A stretch of 64,000 nt of DNA, taken from Alphaproteobacteria bacterium. Its GTDB lineage: Bacteria > Pseudomonadota > Alphaproteobacteria > CACIAM-22H2. The notes beneath the pieces are model-generated. The model worked only from the letters and a program-made list of their open reading frames with translations, made no database searches and was not told where the DNA came from. Each line of letters begins with the position of its first letter. The stretch's first letter is position 1. Positions 58,673-64,000 of the stretch are shown in pieces. The stretch spans positions 3,258-67,257 of the forward strand of contig DATIBC010000057.1 of NCBI GenBank assembly GCA_035457725.1. The letters are read 5' to 3'. The position numbers and the translations under genes were made by a program.

Positions 58673-61600
58673 ATGCGCATCGAGCGGCGTTTCACGCGGG
58701 CGGGCGAAGACGCGTACACCGACATCGCTTTCACGACGACCGACAGCGAGATCCGCAATCCCGACGGCTCGGTCGTATTCCAACTCCGCGACATCGAGGT
58801 TCCCAAGGATTGGTCCCAGGTCGCCAGCGACGTCCTGGCCCAGAAATACTTCCGCAAACGCGGCGTACCGACCCGACTGAAGCCGGTCGAGGAAGCCGAC
58901 GTTCCGTCGTGGCTGTGGCGCCAGACGCCCGACGAGGACGCCTTGAGCCTGCTGCCGGAAGCCGCCCGCAGCGACGGCGAGATGTCGGCCCGACAGGTGT
59001 TCAACCGCATGGCCGGCGCGTGGACCTATTGGGGATGGAAGGGCGGCTATTTCGACAGCGAGGACGACGCGCGGGCGTATTACGACGAGATGCGCTTCAT
59101 GCTCGCCAAGCAATTCGCGGCGCCCAACAGCCCGCAGTGGTTCAACACCGGGCTTCATTGGGCGTACGGCATCGATGGGCCAAGCCAGGGGCATTACTAC
59201 GTCGATTTCCGCACCGGCGAACTCAAGGCCTCGGACAGCGCCTACGAGCATCCGCAGCCGCACGCCTGCTTCATCCAGTCCGTGGCCGACGATCTGGTCA
59301 ACGAAGGCGGCATCATGGATCTATGGGTGCGCGAGGCGCGCCTGTTCAAATACGGGTCGGGCACCGGCTCCAACTTCTCGAAGCTGCGCGGCGAAGGCGA
59401 ACGGCTTTCCGGCGGCGGCAAGTCCTCGGGGCTGATGAGCTTTCTCAAGATCGGCGACCGCGCCGCCGGGGCCATCAAATCGGGCGGCACGACGCGGCGC
59501 GCCGCGAAGATGGTCAGCGTCGACATCGACCATCCCGACATCGAGCAGTACATCAACTGGAAAGTGATCGAGGAGCAAAAGGTCGCAGCGCTTGTCGCCG
59601 GGTCGAAGCTCGCCAACCGGCATCTCAACGCCATCATGGACGCTTGCGAGCGCGACGGGAGCGACGCCGGTTTCGATCCCAAGCGCAATCGGGCGCTCAA
59701 GGCGGCGATATCGGCGGCGCGCAAGGCGATGCTGCCCGAGAACTACATCGCGCGCGTGATCGAGTTCGCCAGACAGGGTTACAGCGCGATCGAGTTTCCG
59801 ATTTATAACACCGACTGGGATTCGGACGCCTATCTCACCGTCTCGGGCCAGAATTCGAACAATTCGGTGCGTGTCACCAGCCAGTTCCTCGACGCGGTCG
59901 AGGGTGACGGCGAGTGGCAGCTGACTCGCCGCATCGACGGCAAAACCCACAAGACGTTGCGAGCGCGCGACCTGTGGGAGCAGATCGGCCACGCCGCCTG
60001 GGCATCGGCCGATCCGGGCCTGCAGTACGACACGACGATCAACGAGTGGCATACCTGCCCGGCCTCGGGGCGAATCAACGCATCGAATCCGTGCTCGGAG
60101 TATATGTTCCTCGACGACACGGCGTGCAACCTCGCCTCGGTCAACCTGCTCGCCTTCCGCGACGACGACAGCGGCCGCTTCGACATCGAGGGCTTCGAGC
60201 ACGCCTGCCGGCTGTGGACGTTGACGCTGGAAATCTCGGTGCTGATGGCGCAGTTCCCGTCGCGTCGCATCGCCGAGCTATCCTACGAGTTCCGCACGCT
60301 CGGCCTCGGCTTCGCCAATATCGGCGGATTGCTGATGGCGATGGGTCTTCCCTACGACAGCGACGCAGGCCGCGCCATCGCCGCCTCGATCACGGCGGTC
60401 ATGACCGGAGTGGCCTATGCGACGTCGGCGGAGATGGCCGAGGAGCTGGGCCCCTTCTCCGGCTACGCGGCAAATCGCGAGTCGATGTTGCGCGTGATCC
60501 GCAATCACCGGCGCGCGGCTTACGGGGAAAGCGAAGCATACGAAGGGCTGTCGATCGCGCCGGTGCCGCTGAAGGCTGAAGATTGCCCCGACCCCGCGCT
60601 GGTCGCCGCAGCGCGACGAGCGTGGGACCGCGCCTTCGAGCTTGGCCGCGCCTACGGATATCGCAACGCCCAGGCGACCGTGATCGCGCCGACCGGCACG
60701 ATCGGTCTCGTCATGGATTGCGATACCACCGGCATCGAGCCGGATTTCGCGCTGGTCAAATTCAAGAAGCTCGCCGGCGGCGGCTACTTCAAGATCATCA
60801 ACCGCGTCGTGCCGGGCGCGCTCAAGACGCTCGGCTACAGCCAGGGCGAAATCAACCACATCGTCGCCTACGCGGTCGGGCATGGCACGCTCGAGGGATC
60901 GCCAGCGATCGACCACCAGGCGCTGCTCGCCAAGGGCTTCGGCCGCGCGCAGATCAACGCGCTCGAAAATGCCTTGCGTCAGGCCTTCGACATCAAGTTC
61001 GCGTTCAACAAGTGGACGCTCGGCGAGGAGTTCTGCACCCGCGTTCTCGGCTTCTCCAAAGACCAGCTCGACGACGTCGGGTTCGACATCCTGTCGGCGC
61101 TCGATTTCACGCCGGCCGAGATCGAGGCGGCCAATACCTATTGCTGCGGGGCGATGACGCTGGAAGGGGCACCGCATCTCAAGGCCGAGCACCTTCCGGT
61201 GTTCGATTGCGCCAATCCGTGCGGGCGCAATGGCCGGCGGTTCCTCTCGGTCGAGAGCCATATCCGCATGATGGCCGCCGCGCAGCCGTTTATTTCCGGC
61301 GCCATCTCGAAGACCATCAACATGCCGAACTGGGCGACGGTCGAGGATTGCAAGCGCGCCTACATGCAGTCCTGGAAGCTGGGTCTCAAGGCCAACGCGC
61401 TTTATCGCGACGGCTCGAAACTGTCGCAGCCGCTCGCCTCGGTGCTGGCCGACGACGACGCAGCGGAGATCGCCGAGGAACTCGCGGCCCAGCCGACGGC
61501 CGCGAAAGCCACGGCGGTGGTGGAACGGATCGTCGAACGTGTGGTGGAGCGCGTAATCGAGCACACCGTCGGCCGCCAGCGCCTGCCGCAGCGCCGCAAG

Positions 61601-62443
61601 GGGTATACGCAGAAGGCCATCGTCGGTGGGCACAAGGTTTATCTGCGCACCGGCGAGTACGAAGACGGGCGGATCGGCGAGATCTTTATCGACATGCACA
61701 AGGAAGGTGCGGCGTTCCGCAGCCTGATGAACAATTTCGCGATCGCCATTTCGATCGGCTTGCAATATGGCGTGCCGCTCGAGGAGTTCGTCGAGGCGTT
61801 TACCTTCACGCGCTTCGAGCCGCATGGGATCGTTCAGGGGAACGACGCGATCAAGAACGCGACGTCGATTCTCGACTACATCTTCCGCGAGCTGGCGATT
61901 TCGTATCTCGGCCGCGACGATCTCGCCCATGTCCACCAGGACGACCTGGCGCCCGACAGCGTCGGCAAGGGCGACGGCGAGAGCACGTTGCCGGCGAGCG
62001 GATCGGCCGCAGCGACCGCCGCGCTCGACGCGGTGAAGAAGGTCGCCTCGACCGGCTATGTGCGCCAACGCTTCCGCGTGCTCGACGGCGGCTCGAGCGA
62101 AACGCGCGACGGCGCGCGGGCGAGCGCCAGCGTCGAAATGCCGGTGGGCGACCATGGCGTGACGCTCGCCGAACCCGACGTGGCGGTGACGCTGATCGAA
62201 CCGGACGCCGAGGCAGCGGTCGAGCGCGAGCCGATCGGCTTCGCTATCGATTCGCCAGCCTCGGCGTCGCTCATCGCGGCGATCACGCCGCGGACCCTCG
62301 ACGAGCAGGCCGGCAAGATCCGCGAGGCGCGGCTCAAAGGCTACACCGGCGACATGTGCGACTCGTGCGGCAGCATGGCGATGGTGCGCAACGGCACGTG
62401 CACCAAGTGCCTCGATTGCGGCGCGACCACGGGTTGCTCGTGA
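58673..62443 (+). CDS. nrdJ: adenosylcobalamin-dependent (class II) ribonucleoside-diphosphate reductase
   Basis: 1256-aa ORF. The RNR barrel shows the NPCSEY active-site loop, the [12 protein letters not shown] region and the long alphaproteobacterial-type NrdJ architecture. The C-terminal CxxC...CxxC tail reads CDSCGS...CTKCLDCG. Confidence 0.95.
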   Translation: MRIERRFTRAGEDAYTDIAFTTTDSEIRNPDGSVVFQLRDIEVPKDWSQVASDVLAQKYFRKRGVPTRLKPVEEADVPSWLWRQTPDEDALSLLPEAARSDGEMSARQVFNRMAGAWTYWGWKGGYFDSEDDARAYYDEMRFMLAKQFAAPNSPQWFNTGLHWAYGIDGPSQGHYYVDFRTGELKASDSAYEHPQPHACFIQSVADDLVNEGGIMDLWVREARLFKYGSGTGSNFSKLRGEGERLSGGGKSSGLMSFLKIGDRAAGAIKSGGTTRRAAKMVSVDIDHPDIEQYINWKVIEEQKVAALVAGSKLANRHLNAIMDACERDGSDAGFDPKRNRALKAAISAARKAMLPENYIARVIEFARQGYSAIEFPIYNTDWDSDAYLTVSGQNSNNSVRVTSQFLDAVEGDGEWQLTRRIDGKTHKTLRARDLWEQIGHAAWASADPGLQYDTTINEWHTCPASGRINASNPCSEYMFLDDTACNLASVNLLAFRDDDSGRFDIEGFEHACRLWTLTLEISVLMAQFPSRRIAELSYEFRTLGLGFANIGGLLMAMGLPYDSDAGRAIAASITAVMTGVAYATSAEMAEELGPFSGYAANRESMLRVIRNHRRAAYGESEAYEGLSIAPVPLKAEDCPDPALVAAARRAWDRAFELGRAYGYRNAQATVIAPTGTIGLVMDCDTTGIEPDFALVKFKKLAGGGYFKIINRVVPGALKTLGYSQGEINHIVAYAVGHGTLEGSPAIDHQALLAKGFGRAQINALENALRQAFDIKFAFNKWTLGEEFCTRVLGFSKDQLDDVGFDILSALDFTPAEIEAANTYCCGAMTLEGAPHLKAEHLPVFDCANPCGRNGRRFLSVESHIRMMAAAQPFISGAISKTINMPNWATVEDCKRAYMQSWKLGLKANALYRDGSKLSQPLASVLADDDAAEIAEELAAQPTAAKATAVVERIVERVVERVIEHTVGRQRLPQRRKGYTQKAIVGGHKVYLRTGEYEDGRIGEIFIDMHKEGAAFRSLMNNFAIAISIGLQYGVPLEEFVEAFTFTRFEPHGIVQGNDAIKNATSILDYIFRELAISYLGRDDLAHVHQDDLAPDSVGKGDGESTLPASGSAAATAALDAVKKVASTGYVRQRFRVLDGGSSETRDGARASASVEMPVGDHGVTLAEPDVAVTLIEPDAEAAVEREPIGFAIDSPASASLIAAITPRTLDEQAGKIREARLKGYTGDMCDSCGSMAMVRNGTCTKCLDCGATTGCS

Positions 62444-62572
62444 CGCGGCGGCGGCTCGACATGCGCGACGGCCGCCCCGGGTGACCGACCCCGGCTGCGG
62501 GCGCGCGTCTGCCGTTTTGCGCGCCCCGCCGAACCACCGACGGATTGCGCATGGTCCGTCGGTAACTTGAGT

Positions 62573-62606
62573 GGGGGAGCGGCCCGCAATCGCTCCCCCA
62601 TTTTTT
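62573..62606 (+). terminator. rho-independent terminator downstream of nrdJ
   Basis: GGGGGAGCG-gcccgcaat-CGCTCCCCC followed by ATTTTTT. Confidence 0.85.
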
Positions 62607-62762
62607 GCTCGGACTTCTGCAAGGCCGAAACCGAGTCGCAGACCCCTTAGTACCGTCAAGATGCCTGGGTCGGCGCCAGTTTCGCATTGCCTCCGCGTTT
62701 GTCGAAACGCGAGGGGTGGGCGGACTTACCGACGATGTCGCCGCAGCCGTACCCCGACTGCC

Positions 62763-63413
62763 TTACTTCCCCCGCCCTTTTTGCAGGCGGCCGATCATGT
62801 CGGCGAGCGCGGCGGCATCGTCGCCCTTGACCTGCATCTTCTGGGCGTTGGCCGGCAGCTCGAACAGTCGCTCGTCGACGGCGCCGACCCGGATGTTGCG
62901 AAACGCCAAATGGATCTCTCCGGCCTTGCCCTGATGCACGCCCGTGCCTTCGATCTTGAGCACGATTCCCTCCGCGGTACGCCAGACGTGGCCCTCGAAA
63001 CTGCTCGCCGCGCCTGGCGCGGTGGCGACGCGATATTTCGTCGCCCGCATGCCTTCGATCGTCTCCTGCGCCACTGCCGTCTCGCGCAAATTCGCCGGGT
63101 CGTTGAGCGCAGCGATCGGTAAGGCGGCAAGTCCGGCAAGATCAGTCTCGACGACGACGTTGGTGCCCGGAAGCTGCGACCACACGAGATTTTGGTCGAA
63201 ACGGACGATGACGTTCTGCTTGACGCCACGCTCGATCCATTCGTGGCGCATGGCGTTCGGCGTGCGCCACAACTTGCCGGTGCGCAGATTGTCGCCGCGG
63301 CCAATCACGCTGTCGGCGGTGTAGGGCACTTTCAGGTCAAGCGGACCGGCCGTCGCCGCGCCGGAGAGGCCGGCAAGCAGCGCCGCGATCATCAGGCCCA
63401 TGAATCGTCGCAT
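62763..63413 (-). CDS. exported hypothetical protein
   Basis: MRRFMGLMIAALLAGLSGAATAGP is a signal peptide. The mature region is beta-rich. About 216 aa from the Met at 63413. No family confidently recognised. Confidence 0.6.
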   Translation of the reverse strand: MRRFMGLMIAALLAGLSGAATAGPLDLKVPYTADSVIGRGDNLRTGKLWRTPNAMRHEWIERGVKQNVIVRFDQNLVWSQLPGTNVVVETDLAGLAALPIAALNDPANLRETAVAQETIEGMRATKYRVATAPGAASSFEGHVWRTAEGIVLKIEGTGVHQGKAGEIHLAFRNIRVGAVDERLFELPANAQKMQVKGDDAAALADMIGRLQKGRGK

Positions 63414-63563
63414 CGACTCGCTCCCTCGCACGTAACCGACGTGGCGGCCTAGTCTACGCCGTCGATCGGGGCGAAACTATGACGGCCATCGCATGGCTAG
63501 AACGGCCGCAAGGTCCCGGCTATTCTCCGGGCCGGCGAACCACGCCTAAAGGGAGTCCATGCA

Positions 63564-64000
63564 ATGCCCGGAAAAATCGATGCGCGCCTTGGCGCGCTTG
63601 GCCTGTCCCTGCCCGGCGTCGCCACCGCGGCCGGAAATTACGTGCCGACGGTGCGGACGGGTAACCTGGTCTTCGTCTCGGGCCAGATCACGCTTAAGGA
63701 CGGCCAGCTCGAATACGTCGGCAAGGTCGGGCGCGATTTCACGGTCGAGCAAGGCCAAGCGGCGGCAAGGCTGTGCGCGCTCAACATACTCGCCCAACTC
63801 AAGGCGGCGTTGGGCGGCGACCTCGACAAGGTGCGACGGTGCGTCAAGGTGACCGGCTTCGTTAACGCGACGCCCGAATTCACCGACCATCCCAAGGTGA
63901 TCAACGGCGCATCCGACCTCCTTGCCTCGGTGCTCGGCGACGCCGGAAAGCATGCTCGGGCCGCCGTCGGAATGAACTCGCTGCCGCTTGGCGTCGCCAC
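63564..64000 (+). CDS. RidA/YjgF-family protein (3' end beyond the window)
   Basis: Not in the ORF track because it has no stop in the window. From the ATG at 63564 (GGGAG SD) I translate MPGKIDARLGALGLSLPGVATAAGNYVPTVRTGNLVFVSGQITLKDGQLEYVGKVG...VKVTGFVNATPEF, which is typical of the RidA family. Confidence 0.75.
   Translation, partial: MPGKIDARLGALGLSLPGVATAAGNYVPTVRTGNLVFVSGQITLKDGQLEYVGKVGRDFTVEQGQAAARLCALNILAQLKAALGGDLDKVRRCVKVTGFVNATPEFTDHPKVINGASDLLASVLGDAGKHARAAVGMNSLPLGVA

Noticed and set aside
62690-62714. Hairpin CCTCCGCGTTT-gtcg-AAACGCGAGG between nrdJ and the exported-protein gene as a terminator.
   Set aside because: There is no U-tract on either strand and the stem has a bulge. 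The clear intrinsic terminator at 62573-62606 already accounts for nrdJ termination, so this is left uncalled.

Overview
High-GC (not computed) bacterial chromosomal window with alphaproteobacterial-type gene content and synteny. It is densely packed with housekeeping genes. I found no rRNA, CRISPR array, transposase or integrase.

Main blocks, left to right:
- The 5' end of a cold-shock gene with its low-GC leader, then a tRNA(CAU) and mnmA.
- A complete ISC Fe-S operon on the minus strand: cysE-iscR-nifS-like-iscS-iscU-iscA-hscB-hscA-fdx-iscX, with a TenA-family gene 9 nt downstream.
- anmK, tyrS, a 1053-aa AsmA-like envelope protein, glnE and bcp.
- amiC-mrcA-prfB, where prfB carries the classic +1 frameshift site.
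- rne, with a long leader and a (CGC)11 arginine tract.
- A small accessory-looking patch: LysR, nitronate monooxygenase, DUF4242, AraC and a protein made of 7 tandem 45-aa helical repeats.
- An aminotransferase, a GGT-family gene, and an M48 protease/lipoprotein/DsbA trio.
- A tyrosine-catabolism neighbourhood (maiA, FAH-family, hppD) that lacks hmgA. It is split by an NdvB-like GH17-GT2 glucan synthase and headed by a short chlorite-dismutase-family gene placed to be translationally coupled to hppD.
- aroQ-accB-accC, aat, a DUF2155/mlaD/NDUFA12-like cluster, and class II ribonucleotide reductase nrdJ behind a roughly 390-nt low-GC leader.

The many long antisense ORFs in the track are typical high-GC artefacts. 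I see no clear-cut novel multi-gene system. The most unusual items are the Cld-hppD pairing, the 45-aa repeat protein, the nrdJ leader and the architecture of the isc operon.
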